From: a virus
Lineage: Duplodnaviria; Caudoviricetes
DNA: 64,000 nt
Strand: one strand, 5' to 3'
Virus record (IMG/VR): IMGVR_UViG_2597489997_000001
Span: 160,001-224,000 of that record
The notes beneath the pieces are model-generated. The model was given only the letters and a program-made list of their open reading frames with translations, made no database searches and had not been told where the DNA came from. Below are positions 56,465 to 64,000 of this stretch, piece by piece. Made by a program: the position numbers and the translations under genes. Each line of letters starts with the position of its first letter. The first letter of the stretch is position 1.

Positions 56465-56855
56465 TTTATCTAAACCATTTGTAGCTGATCGTTCAGAAAT
56501 TGCAGCTGATGTGATTAGCGATCTTTGTAACCATATCGAACACGCCCAGAGCATTTTCAAACTGGCTCCAATTTTTCATATTGGTAAGTTCTTCTCATCT
56601 CTCGGAATGAAACTGGATATTAAGAAGGCTGTCTCTGTTTCTTACCAGCTGCGCGAAATCAAGTTATGGTTGGCGGATGGCCAGAGAAGTAAAGACTTCA
56701 GTGATACACATGAATTATTATGTGAACTGAATGACCTCCTGGAAGAGAATAAGGAACTTCTGATCAGGGTGTTCGAGCCAGTTGCCATCGACTGTAATTT
56801 ACGGGTTGATGGGACAGAGTTATTTAACGCAACAACTTATGGAGGGCAGATATGA
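56445..56855 (+). CDS. hypothetical protein
   Basis: 136 aa, TAAGGA RBS. Confidence 0.7.
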   Translation: MSNQKLDLSKPFVADRSEIAADVISDLCNHIEHAQSIFKLAPIFHIGKFFSSLGMKLDIKKAVSVSYQLREIKLWLADGQRSKDFSDTHELLCELNDLLEENKELLIRVFEPVAIDCNLRVDGTELFNATTYGGQI

Positions 56856-57406
56856 ATACACTTTTCTGGGCCGATGGTCATGTTGATCATTTAGCAGCAG
56901 CGAAACGTAGAGGGTTTGAAACTCTTCGTGAATTCCAGGAGAAGTTTGCTGATGGGTGGTGTAGCAAGGCAAACAAGAACTCTATCGTCTACTGTGTGGG
57001 TGATATGGCTCTCTTCCATGAGGGATTAGTTTTCCTCAAGAAGTTACCTGGTAAGAAGATCTTGGTTATGGGCAACCATGACACCGAGCGTCAAAACGAT
57101 ACTCGCGATCTGTTAGAAGTTTATGATGAACTCGCTGGGTTCCATAAACATAAGAAGTCCCCATTGTACATCGGACATTGTCCAAGTCACCCGTCCCAGT
57201 TACGTGGCCGACTAATGGTACATGGGCATACTCATACGGACATTATTCCGGATGAGCGATACGTTAACGTCTGTTGGGATTTACTCCAAGACGGCCCCGT
57301 ATCGATTGAAGATATTGTGTCCGGGAAATATAAGTCCTGGCGTAAACCCGATTTATTTAAGGAGCATCAGCACCATGATAAAGTTCATCGACCGAATGTT
57401 AACTAG
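56852..57406 (+). CDS. calcineurin-like metallophosphoesterase
   Basis: DxH (ADGH), GD, GNHD, H and HGHTH motifs. Confidence 0.88.
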   Translation: MNTLFWADGHVDHLAAAKRRGFETLREFQEKFADGWCSKANKNSIVYCVGDMALFHEGLVFLKKLPGKKILVMGNHDTERQNDTRDLLEVYDELAGFHKHKKSPLYIGHCPSHPSQLRGRLMVHGHTHTDIIPDERYVNVCWDLLQDGPVSIEDIVSGKYKSWRKPDLFKEHQHHDKVHRPNVN

Positions 57407-57584
57407 CCTATATATCTATAGCACTGCATTCTGGTTTATCTCTCTGGGTTTGCACATCTTTAAGCCAAGCCCTAAAACATCAACTTTCTTCTTTGATGTC
57501 GCTGCACCAGTGACGTTAAGTGTGGTGGCTATCGCTATGTGTCACTGGGCTTACCATTACCGGAAACTGTTGAAAGGTAGTTAA
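57375..57584 (+). CDS. small two-TM membrane protein
   Basis: ATG 57375 after TAAGGAG. Confidence 0.65.
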   Translation: MIKFIDRMLTSLYIYSTAFWFISLGLHIFKPSPKTSTFFFDVAAPVTLSVVAIAMCHWAYHYRKLLKGS

Positions 57585-57812
57585 ATGTTCATGCGCTTAA
57601 TGAAGTTGACCTACATCCTGTTAATACTTATGTTTGTGGGTCACTGGATTTATCTGAACGTTGGAACCATGGATGAGGAATTCCGTGGGTTTTTATTTAA
57701 GGTAAATGTAATACTAGGAATTGCTATTGCTTACCTAACCTACGCATTCATTATGAATAGCGTAGAAACAACCATCCAAACTGAAGAAGAGGATTTTCAT
57801 GAAAACTCGTAA
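57585..57812 (+). CDS. small two-TM membrane protein
   Basis: Two hydrophobic segments, acidic tail. Confidence 0.65.
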   Translation: MFMRLMKLTYILLILMFVGHWIYLNVGTMDEEFRGFLFKVNVILGIAIAYLTYAFIMNSVETTIQTEEEDFHENS

Positions 57813-58044
57813 CGGCGAAACCGGTATCTCTAAACGTTTCAAGTGGATCTCCGGTATTTACACGGTAATCATCATTGCCATCATTCTGTACATCCTGGCT
57901 GCCGATTGGTTGAACTATGCGGCTAACCCTACACTGATCAAATACCATGACAACCTTTTGTTCCCACTTTGGGTACTGATGGTCGGTTATGAGTTCGGTG
58001 TGCGTCGCACCTACAAAAAGCTAACCGCCCGATGGAAACATTAA
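57799..58044 (+). CDS. small two-TM membrane protein
   Basis: GAGGA RBS; two hydrophobic segments. Confidence 0.65.
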   Translation: MKTRNGETGISKRFKWISGIYTVIIIAIILYILAADWLNYAANPTLIKYHDNLLFPLWVLMVGYEFGVRRTYKKLTARWKH

Positions 58045-58274
58045 AAGAACTGGGTAAACTGTTGGATGAGATGCTGACTAGATTGTCAGCACTTATCTTA
58101 ACCGTTGCGCTTGCAGGAACATTGTTCTGGCCAATAGGACCAGAAGAATGGTGGGATCGTTTCCTCAAGTATGTTTACATGGGAGTTGGTGGCGTGGCGA
58201 TATATTTGGTCGCCCCTATCATCTACTATTTCTTTAAAGCAGCTTATTACGACTGGAAATTAAAAAGGCTATGA
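58032..58274 (+). CDS. small two-TM membrane protein
   Basis: Two hydrophobic segments; ATGA overlap with thyA. Confidence 0.65.
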   Translation: METLKELGKLLDEMLTRLSALILTVALAGTLFWPIGPEEWWDRFLKYVYMGVGGVAIYLVAPIIYYFFKAAYYDWKLKRL

Positions 58275-59449
58275 AAAAGTATAATCGTTATGAAGCCTGG
58301 TACATGGACCAACTGGGTAACATCATTGAGAACGGGCAACGTCGTGGGGATCGTACAGGGACTGGTGTTATTTCACAGCCAAACCTCAGTTACACCCATG
58401 ACCTCCGTGAGTCGTACCCATTGATGTTTGGTCGTCAGTTTGTTTATGATCAACCCATCACTGAAATGATCTGGATGATGTCGGGTAGCTCCAATATCCA
58501 ATATCTGAAAGATAACGGTTGTCCTTTCTGGAATGGCTTTGCTGTTAAAGATGGTCAGGTGACTGAAGCTGATCTGACCCGCATGGAACGACTAAAGATC
58601 TTGGCTGACCAACGTGGGATGCCATTGAGTCAAGTCGGTACCTTATTCGGTAACATCCCTCTTGCAGAGATCGATGAAGAACTGGATAAGCAGCAGATTC
58701 CAAATATGGTAAATGCTGCTGTGGGTAAGATTGGTGAATTAGGTCCTGTGTATGGGGTTATGTGGCGTTACTGGCCAAACCCTGATGGAACTACATTCGA
58801 TCAGTTGGCGTACGCTCTGCGCGAGCTACAAAAGAACCCTAACAACCGTCGTATAGTAGTAGACTGCTGGAACCCAAGTTTCTTACCTGATCCGAAGATC
58901 AAACCCGCCGATAACGCAGCAAAAGGTAAAATGGCATTAACACCGTGTCACTTTGCTTTTGGTTTCTACACATGGGAAATTCCTTTCCATGAGCGGGCTG
59001 AACTTCTGATTAAAGAAATGGGTGCCGAAGGTAATAAATTCTACCCAATCCGTAACGAAGATCGTTCCGATTACGAACTTTTGTTTGAGATTCACGGTAT
59101 CCCTGAGTATTACCTGGATATCAACTTTACCATGCGTAGTAATGACTGGATTCTCGGTCAACCTGCTAACATGAACATGTATTCTGCAATGAACATTATG
59201 TTCGCCCAGCAGTGTAACATGGTTCCTCGCTTCGTTAACTATACGGGCTGGGATTCTCATGTTTACACCAACCATCTGGAAGGTGCTGCTGAATTGCAGA
59301 AACGTTGGGAAAGTGGGATTTACAAATACCAGACTGTTGGGATGCATACCAATAAAAAGGATGACCTCTTTGGTTACCATAAGTCTGATTTCCAATTAAT
59401 CGGTGACTATAATCCTGGAGAAAAGATTAAGTTCCCAATCGCAATTTAA
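58271..59449 (+). CDS. thyA: thymidylate synthase with large insertions
   Basis: DRTGTG, LGPVYG..WR, NRR, MALTPCH, RSND..LG.P.N, DSHVY.NH. Confidence 0.92.
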   Translation: MKKYNRYEAWYMDQLGNIIENGQRRGDRTGTGVISQPNLSYTHDLRESYPLMFGRQFVYDQPITEMIWMMSGSSNIQYLKDNGCPFWNGFAVKDGQVTEADLTRMERLKILADQRGMPLSQVGTLFGNIPLAEIDEELDKQQIPNMVNAAVGKIGELGPVYGVMWRYWPNPDGTTFDQLAYALRELQKNPNNRRIVVDCWNPSFLPDPKIKPADNAAKGKMALTPCHFAFGFYTWEIPFHERAELLIKEMGAEGNKFYPIRNEDRSDYELLFEIHGIPEYYLDINFTMRSNDWILGQPANMNMYSAMNIMFAQQCNMVPRFVNYTGWDSHVYTNHLEGAAELQKRWESGIYKYQTVGMHTNKKDDLFGYHKSDFQLIGDYNPGEKIKFPIAI

Positions 59450-59455
59450 TTAACT

Positions 59456-59487
59456 AGGAACAGGGATCCATTAGGGTCCTTGTTCTT
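59456..59487 (+). promoter_or_regulatory. hairpin after thyA abutting the next RBS
   Basis: AGGAACAGGGATCC-ATTA-GGGTCCTTGTTCTT then GAGG. Confidence 0.55.
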
Positions 59488-59499
59488 GAGGTATTGCAG

Positions 59500-59775
59500 A
59501 TGGACGTCTTACACGAAATTATAACACTCTGTACTGAAAACCCAGACGTAGCTTTTAACATGATCGTTTCAGTCATCTTCTTTTTAGGAATGGTTGATAC
59601 AGTTCATGAATATAGTTATCCTGGTGGTATCCCTGCGCGTGACCGTAACTTAGCCGGATATAAATTAAAAGCAGTCGGCTTCTTTACATTGATGTATATT
59701 GGTAATACTTTCCGCTACTTCGTTATCGCCGTTGCGGTAGTCTCCGTAGTCTCAACTATCTATCTCATTATGTAA
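59500..59775 (+). CDS. membrane protein
   Basis: ATG 59500 after GAGGT; hydrophobic segments. Confidence 0.65.
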   Translation: MDVLHEIITLCTENPDVAFNMIVSVIFFLGMVDTVHEYSYPGGIPARDRNLAGYKLKAVGFFTLMYIGNTFRYFVIAVAVVSVVSTIYLIM

Positions 59776-59784
59776 GGAATTAAA

Positions 59785-60675
59785 ATGGATCTCCAAGATA
59801 TTAAAAACGTTGCTGGTGTGGCTTATGTACAAACTCGCCTGCAAGCGTTGCTGGAACAGCTGAACCCATTGATCTTCTCGATCAACGAACCTATCGTCGT
59901 TGACGGGATGTGCGGGAATAATACAATCCAAGCATTAAGTAAGTTAGCTCATTTCTATTATGGTGTACATGTCGCACACCCAGCTATACACGAATATGTA
60001 TATGGAATGAACACCATACAGCAGTGGTACCGGAATTTCCATCATCAGGTCAGTGTGAATAATGTCACCACTATTGCTGATTTTGGTATTGCTTTCCACG
60101 ATCCGGAAATGGATGGTAAATGGGGTAAGGATACCAAGGCATGTTTCGACATTATCTTCTCCGACATCGCAGTGGGTAAGAGAAAAACCGGTGGGGCGGA
60201 TCCTAACAAACACGCCTTCCATACATTTTCTGTGGCCAGTCAGAATGACTCTAAATGGGTAGTGGAATCTGAAGCATTACTTCGTAGTGCATTGGCGGTA
60301 CCTGTAAACACCATGGTTTCTGTCTCTCTACTTACGCCTTACAACGTGGTTATCTTTGCGCGCGATATCTACGAAGGTAAACCACGTGGTGTTCTTGTTG
60401 CTCGTAAAATAACTGGTAACTGCTCAGTATCCAAGTTTGCCCAAGACGAATTATTCATTACTGGCCTGCACGTTAATCCTGATCTTGAGTGGGACGATGT
60501 TGCAGAAGGAATGATTAGTAAACTCCTGGAGGTGAGTAAATTTGGGGGAGTTAAGGAAATATCACACGCTCAAACTTTCCAGCGTGGTCCCATGTCTAAA
60601 AGAACAGAAGAACTTTTAGTCTCTAAGTTCTCATTCTACAAAACAGGTCACGGAACAGTAACGCGACGTGGTTAA
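59785..60675 (+). CDS. peptidoglycan-binding-like repeats fused to a degenerate GNAT-like domain
   Basis: VDGMCGNNTIQAL and MDGKWGKDTKACF; C-term LFITGLHVNPD...A..MI..L. Confidence 0.55.
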   Translation: MDLQDIKNVAGVAYVQTRLQALLEQLNPLIFSINEPIVVDGMCGNNTIQALSKLAHFYYGVHVAHPAIHEYVYGMNTIQQWYRNFHHQVSVNNVTTIADFGIAFHDPEMDGKWGKDTKACFDIIFSDIAVGKRKTGGADPNKHAFHTFSVASQNDSKWVVESEALLRSALAVPVNTMVSVSLLTPYNVVIFARDIYEGKPRGVLVARKITGNCSVSKFAQDELFITGLHVNPDLEWDDVAEGMISKLLEVSKFGGVKEISHAQTFQRGPMSKRTEELLVSKFSFYKTGHGTVTRRG

Positions 60676-60682
60676 CATATTT

Positions 60683-60722
60683 CCCTCTACTCCTTAACGG
60701 GAGTAGAGGGTTATTGTTGTTC
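60683..60722 (+). terminator. intrinsic terminator
   Basis: CCCTCTACTCCT-TAAC-GGGAGTAGAGGG then T-rich; preceded by AACATA. Confidence 0.85.
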
Positions 60723-60752
60723 TTATTTTCTTTTGGATTTCAGTTGAAATAG

Positions 60753-60783
60753 ATTTCAGACCTATATTACCTAAGTGTAAATA
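60753..60783 (+). promoter_or_regulatory. phage early promoter motif
   Basis: ATTTCAGACCTATATTACCTAAGTGTAAATA; contains exact TATATTAC. Confidence 0.8.
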
Positions 60784-60837
60784 CAATAAGTATTAGTTAG
60801 GCTAATACATTCACCTGCAAATTTAAGGAACAACATC

Positions 60838-61188
60838 ATGGCTAACAACTTCGCATTCGTAAACCACTATGAAACCCGTAACGCTGCTGGCGTTGCTTTC
60901 ATCAAATCTCGTCTGGTTGCTCTGATCAACTTCTCTTCTGAAGAGAAAGAAGATGAAATCGGTTCAGTAACTATGAACGCTATCCGCACGATCGCTCGTG
61001 TTGCTTTTGGTCGTATCCCATTCGGTCGCACTGAGTTCAAATCTAACTCAGTTGAAACCTTCCAGAACTGGTACAACGATTTCGCTGAAACTAACAATCT
61101 GAAATCCATCAAAGTTACTGGTGTATGGAACGAAGAAACTCAGATCGCTTTCGCTTCTATCGCTGATAAGTACGAGGGCACTCTGTAA
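60838..61188 (+). CDS. stand-alone paralog of the 59785 N-terminal domain
   Basis: NAAGVAFIKSRLVAL / TFQNWYNDF / VTGVWNEETQIAF; TAAGGA RBS. Confidence 0.75.
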   Translation: MANNFAFVNHYETRNAAGVAFIKSRLVALINFSSEEKEDEIGSVTMNAIRTIARVAFGRIPFGRTEFKSNSVETFQNWYNDFAETNNLKSIKVTGVWNEETQIAFASIADKYEGTL

Positions 61189-61234
61189 TAAACAACGTAG
61201 TTAACTTAACCAAATTCTAATAAGGAATATCGAA

Positions 61235-61411
61235 ATGACTCCATTCATCAAATCTGTAATCATCACTGTAATTGTTATGGCTCTGATCATCATCGGAAAT
61301 GTATTCGGTACTCCTGCATTCATCGCTGCATCAGTAGCAGTTGCCGCTATCGCAGTAGTTCTGTCTTACTATGTGTTTGATGGAATGATGGCGGCATTCA
61401 GAAAGTGTTAA
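61235..61411 (+). CDS. 58-aa two-TM membrane protein (absent from ORF track)
   Basis: TAAGGA RBS; MTPFIKSVIITVIVMALIIIGNVFGTPAFIAASVAVAAIAVVLSYYVFDGMMAAFRKC. Confidence 0.75.
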   Translation: MTPFIKSVIITVIVMALIIIGNVFGTPAFIAASVAVAAIAVVLSYYVFDGMMAAFRKC

Positions 61412-61416
61412 TAAGA

Positions 61417-61473
61417 ATCCCATCCTAGTTTAATACTAGCGATGGGATAACTTGTTTACTTTATTTTATTTTT
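61417..61473 (+). terminator. intrinsic terminator
   Basis: ATCCCATC-CTAGT-TTAAT-ACTAG-C-GATGGGAT then a long T-rich tract. Confidence 0.7.
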
Positions 61474-61489
61474 GTTTCAAGGATCCATA

Positions 61490-62179
61490 ATGGCTAAGAA
61501 AGTTTTACTTGCAGTTGACATGGATGACACGTTAACTGAAACTCGTCTTATAATACTGAAAGATATTTATAACCGACTTATCCAAAATGGTCGTTTAGCT
61601 GAAGCGACCTATGTTAATCAAAATTATCACATCTCTCCTTTACTCTGGAGTAAAGAAATGTGTGATGTTGTTTATGAGTACGTAATTGAGTCTGGCGATT
61701 TCATGTGGTGTGCGTCGCCCGCTAAATTAGTTAGAGACGGTCTGGCTGATTTACTGCGTGCATTCAGCGACCACCAATGGGGACCTTATTTTAAATCAGT
61801 TGTCTGTACGCACCGAGGATTCCATAAGAGCGGGTTACTGGCGACAACTGACTGGCTGATTCGTCACAACTGTGACGATGTGTTCTCTGAAGTTCATGCG
61901 TTAGATCCCAAAGAACATCCTAACAAGATTGACTTCTTGCGGAAAGTTTATCCTGATTACGAAATTCTGTTATTGGATGACAATCCATTCCATGATCCGC
62001 ATCTGGTTCATCCATACTCAGATGAAGTTCTGATTGTTGAAACAGAGCACGCCCTTCCTGGTTACGTTAATCAGGAGAAGTTTACAGACCTGGACGATCT
62101 GAAAGTCCGTATCATCCGCAAGATGTTTGGTCGGCGTGGATACGAGAAACTCATTAAACAGTATGCTGATATCGCATAA
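61490..62179 (+). CDS. HAD-superfamily hydrolase, 5'(3')-deoxyribonucleotidase-like
   Basis: LAVDMDDTL motif I, VCTHR motif II, K, LLDDNP motif IV. Confidence 0.75.
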   Translation: MAKKVLLAVDMDDTLTETRLIILKDIYNRLIQNGRLAEATYVNQNYHISPLLWSKEMCDVVYEYVIESGDFMWCASPAKLVRDGLADLLRAFSDHQWGPYFKSVVCTHRGFHKSGLLATTDWLIRHNCDDVFSEVHALDPKEHPNKIDFLRKVYPDYEILLLDDNPFHDPHLVHPYSDEVLIVETEHALPGYVNQEKFTDLDDLKVRIIRKMFGRRGYEKLIKQYADIA

Positions 62180-62188
62180 GGAAACACC

Positions 62189-62671
62189 ATGGGTGTTGAA
62201 ATAAGAATCCTCACTAATGATGATCTAAGAACTATTCCCACCAGAATCAGTTCAGGGATTATTAAGTTGGTAAAAGGATTAACAGAAGTTGAGCAACCTT
62301 TAACCCGATTTGACTTTGAGCGTGTCCCAAGTGAGGTTGCTACCTATGGGCTAGATTTCTATCTTGCTCCTGGTAACATAATGACCATTGCTTTAAACAC
62401 AGTCACATCTGAAGTATTGGGGATGGTCATTAATAAGATCAATGACGTAGATCACTTGAAGGTATCTGCGTTATGGTATCTGTATATCGTTCCAGAGTGT
62501 CGTGGTAAAGGTCTTGGTAGACAGCTTATGGAATCTTCGGAAGAGATGTCTCGTCGCTTAGGAGCCAACTCAATGCTTCTGAGCGTATTACCCGATAACC
62601 TCTCTGCAATCGAGTTCTATAATGAACTTGGTTATAAACCACAATTAATCAATTTAGCTAAGGATCTCTAA
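62189..62671 (+). CDS. GNAT acetyltransferase
   Basis: LYIVPECRGKGLGRQLM; L.V...N..AIEFY..LGY. Confidence 0.9.
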   Translation: MGVEIRILTNDDLRTIPTRISSGIIKLVKGLTEVEQPLTRFDFERVPSEVATYGLDFYLAPGNIMTIALNTVTSEVLGMVINKINDVDHLKVSALWYLYIVPECRGKGLGRQLMESSEEMSRRLGANSMLLSVLPDNLSAIEFYNELGYKPQLINLAKDL

Positions 62672-63381
62672 TGAACCAGACCTTTTATAAGGTAAACACC
62701 TTCGCATCTCCACTTTCTTATTCGCTGATTTTGGCTGCTGATGAACGTGGCGGGATTGGGCTTGATAATGACCTCCCGTGGAAACTGGCAGGCGTTAACA
62801 ATAAGTCAGATATGCAATGGTTCCGTGATAAGACCAAAGGTAAGATCATCATCATGGGATATAACACCTGGGTGAGCATCGGCCGTAAACCTTTACCAGG
62901 TCGTTACAACGTGATCATTACTGAAAAGCACTATGACGAAGTCGGTAGTGATTTAAAGGCATGGGGTGAGGAATACTACAAAACAGAAAAGGGTCAAGCT
63001 TCACCGATTCACTCGGCTGTGTGTAAATCCCCTAGCCTTGCTGTCGCGTACCTTGAAAATACCTTAGGTTACGCAACCCGTGGTGGCGAGGTAATGGTTA
63101 TCGGTGGTGCTCGTATCTATGAAGCTTTCATGGAGTACGCATCCCGCATTTATCTGACCACTTTCGAAGGTGAGTTCAAAGCGGACACATTTGTTAAACT
63201 GGATCTAACTGATTTCGAATTACGGTACCGTGATACCATGGGAGTACTGGATCCTAAGTTTGAGATTTGGGATGTTACTGAGCAGGTTGCAAAACGTCCA
63301 GATTCAGAGATCATTCAAATCTCTTATGGTCTCAAAGAAGCCACAGGTTGGGTTGCTGATATTGTTAAGGATAAAGAATAA
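62671..63381 (+). CDS. folA: dihydrofolate reductase
   Basis: IG..NDLPW, D..WFR..T, IMG..TW.SI..PLPGR.N, VIGGA.IY. Confidence 0.92.
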   Translation: MNQTFYKVNTFASPLSYSLILAADERGGIGLDNDLPWKLAGVNNKSDMQWFRDKTKGKIIIMGYNTWVSIGRKPLPGRYNVIITEKHYDEVGSDLKAWGEEYYKTEKGQASPIHSAVCKSPSLAVAYLENTLGYATRGGEVMVIGGARIYEAFMEYASRIYLTTFEGEFKADTFVKLDLTDFELRYRDTMGVLDPKFEIWDVTEQVAKRPDSEIIQISYGLKEATGWVADIVKDKE

Positions 63382-63590
63382 TGTTTGTTATTCCAAATGA
63401 GCACGTTACTGCTGTAAAGGCAGATGAAATCTTTATCGTCTCTAAAATGGGACATGGGCGTGCTTCCTTGTGTGGAAGTAAACTCACTCTGGATGTTCCA
63501 GGTGAGGGACTGTATCTGGGAATGCGCTTTACGGCTACCGCCAACAACAGGGTTATTCCTGTGAGTAAAAAGAAGCCATTGTTTAAATGA
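63381..63590 (+). CDS. hypothetical protein
   Basis: TAATG overlap; 69 aa. Confidence 0.6.
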   Translation: MFVIPNEHVTAVKADEIFIVSKMGHGRASLCGSKLTLDVPGEGLYLGMRFTATANNRVIPVSKKKPLFK

Positions 63591-63595
63591 TAGTT

Positions 63596-63626
63596 GGGTG
63601 GGGAGCTTCGGCTCCTCATCCTTTTT
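63596..63626 (+). terminator. intrinsic terminator, UUCG loop
   Basis: GGGTGGGGAGC-TTCG-GCTCCTCATCC-TTTTT. Confidence 0.85.
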
Positions 63627-63640
63627 GTCTTCCTTATTAT

Positions 63641-63671
63641 TTTTCGGACAGATATTATCATCGTGTATAAG
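63641..63671 (+). promoter_or_regulatory. phage early promoter motif
   Basis: TTTTCGGACAGATATTATCATCGTGTATAAG. Confidence 0.8.
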
Positions 63672-63702
63672 CTCAATAAAATTTTAATCTAAGGGTAATG
63701 AG

Positions 63703-63918
63703 ATGGAAAAGTTAGTCAACATTTTAGCGAGTCGTGGAGTTCTGATTACACTGGCGATTCTCATCGTGGTGATCAAGGGCGGAATGGCTGTATTCAGTAA
63801 TCAGGGATTTAGTCTGGCTGACTTTGGTATTGGCGGGGTCTGGGCTTTCACTATTTACTGTGTTCTTAAATTCGCTGTTAATTTCGCTAAAGGGTATATC
63901 ACTGGTAAAAGAGGATAA
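63703..63918 (+). CDS. small two-TM membrane protein
   Basis: First gene after promoter; hydrophobic. Confidence 0.7.
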   Translation: MEKLVNILASRGVLITLAILIVVIKGGMAVFSNQGFSLADFGIGGVWAFTIYCVLKFAVNFAKGYITGKRG

Positions 63919-63919
63919 C

Positions 63920-64000
63920 ATGTCCGAAGTTAAAGAAGTGGTTGAAAAGAAAGAACCTATAATCGCAGAAATTTCCATAAACAAGTCATTCAATCATGAT
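63920..64000 (+). CDS. 5' part of hypothetical protein (truncated)
   Basis: GAGGA RBS; ATG 63920 open to the window end. Confidence 0.55.
   Translation, partial: MSEVKEVVEKKEPIIAEISINKSFNHD

Noticed and set aside
58540-59120. ThyA insertions as possible intein or intron
   Set aside because: They are short and in frame, with no C/S...HN-C/S/T splice motifs or homing-endonuclease motifs.
1-64000. CRISPR array, tRNA or rRNA genes
   Set aside because: No regularly spaced direct repeats or cloverleaf/T-loop signatures were seen in the short intergenic gaps; a tRNAscan run would be needed to exclude them fully.

Overview
This 64-kb window comes from a large lytic jumbo phage, most likely phiKZ-related (Chimalliviridae-like) with an enterobacterial host. 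This is inferred from gene density, a phiKZ-type TATTA(T/C) early promoter motif, CATA-hairpin-TATG intergenic elements and an E. coli-like nrdB-yfaE pair. It has three blocks. (1) 1-18.3 kb: + strand small hypothetical early genes, including paralog pairs, a kinase-like protein and a lipoprotein. (2) 18.3-49 kb: - strand giant beta-sandwich repeat proteins (4079, 1859, 939, 230, 507, 1265 and 711 aa) plus nrdB-yfaE. (3) 49-64 kb: + strand early membrane/periplasmic genes and nucleotide metabolism (metallophosphoesterase, thyA, HAD, GNAT, folA). Main observation: the five consecutive repeat proteins read as one continuous chain of Ig-like domains. At each of the four gene boundaries a domain is split, so the upstream protein ends with the first strand(s) and the next protein starts with the rest. 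There are two junction types, two self-compatible subunits, an adaptor, a cap and an N-terminal anchor. This suggests a phage-encoded, pilus-like fibre assembled by donor-strand complementation. All family assignments are by eye; no searches were run.
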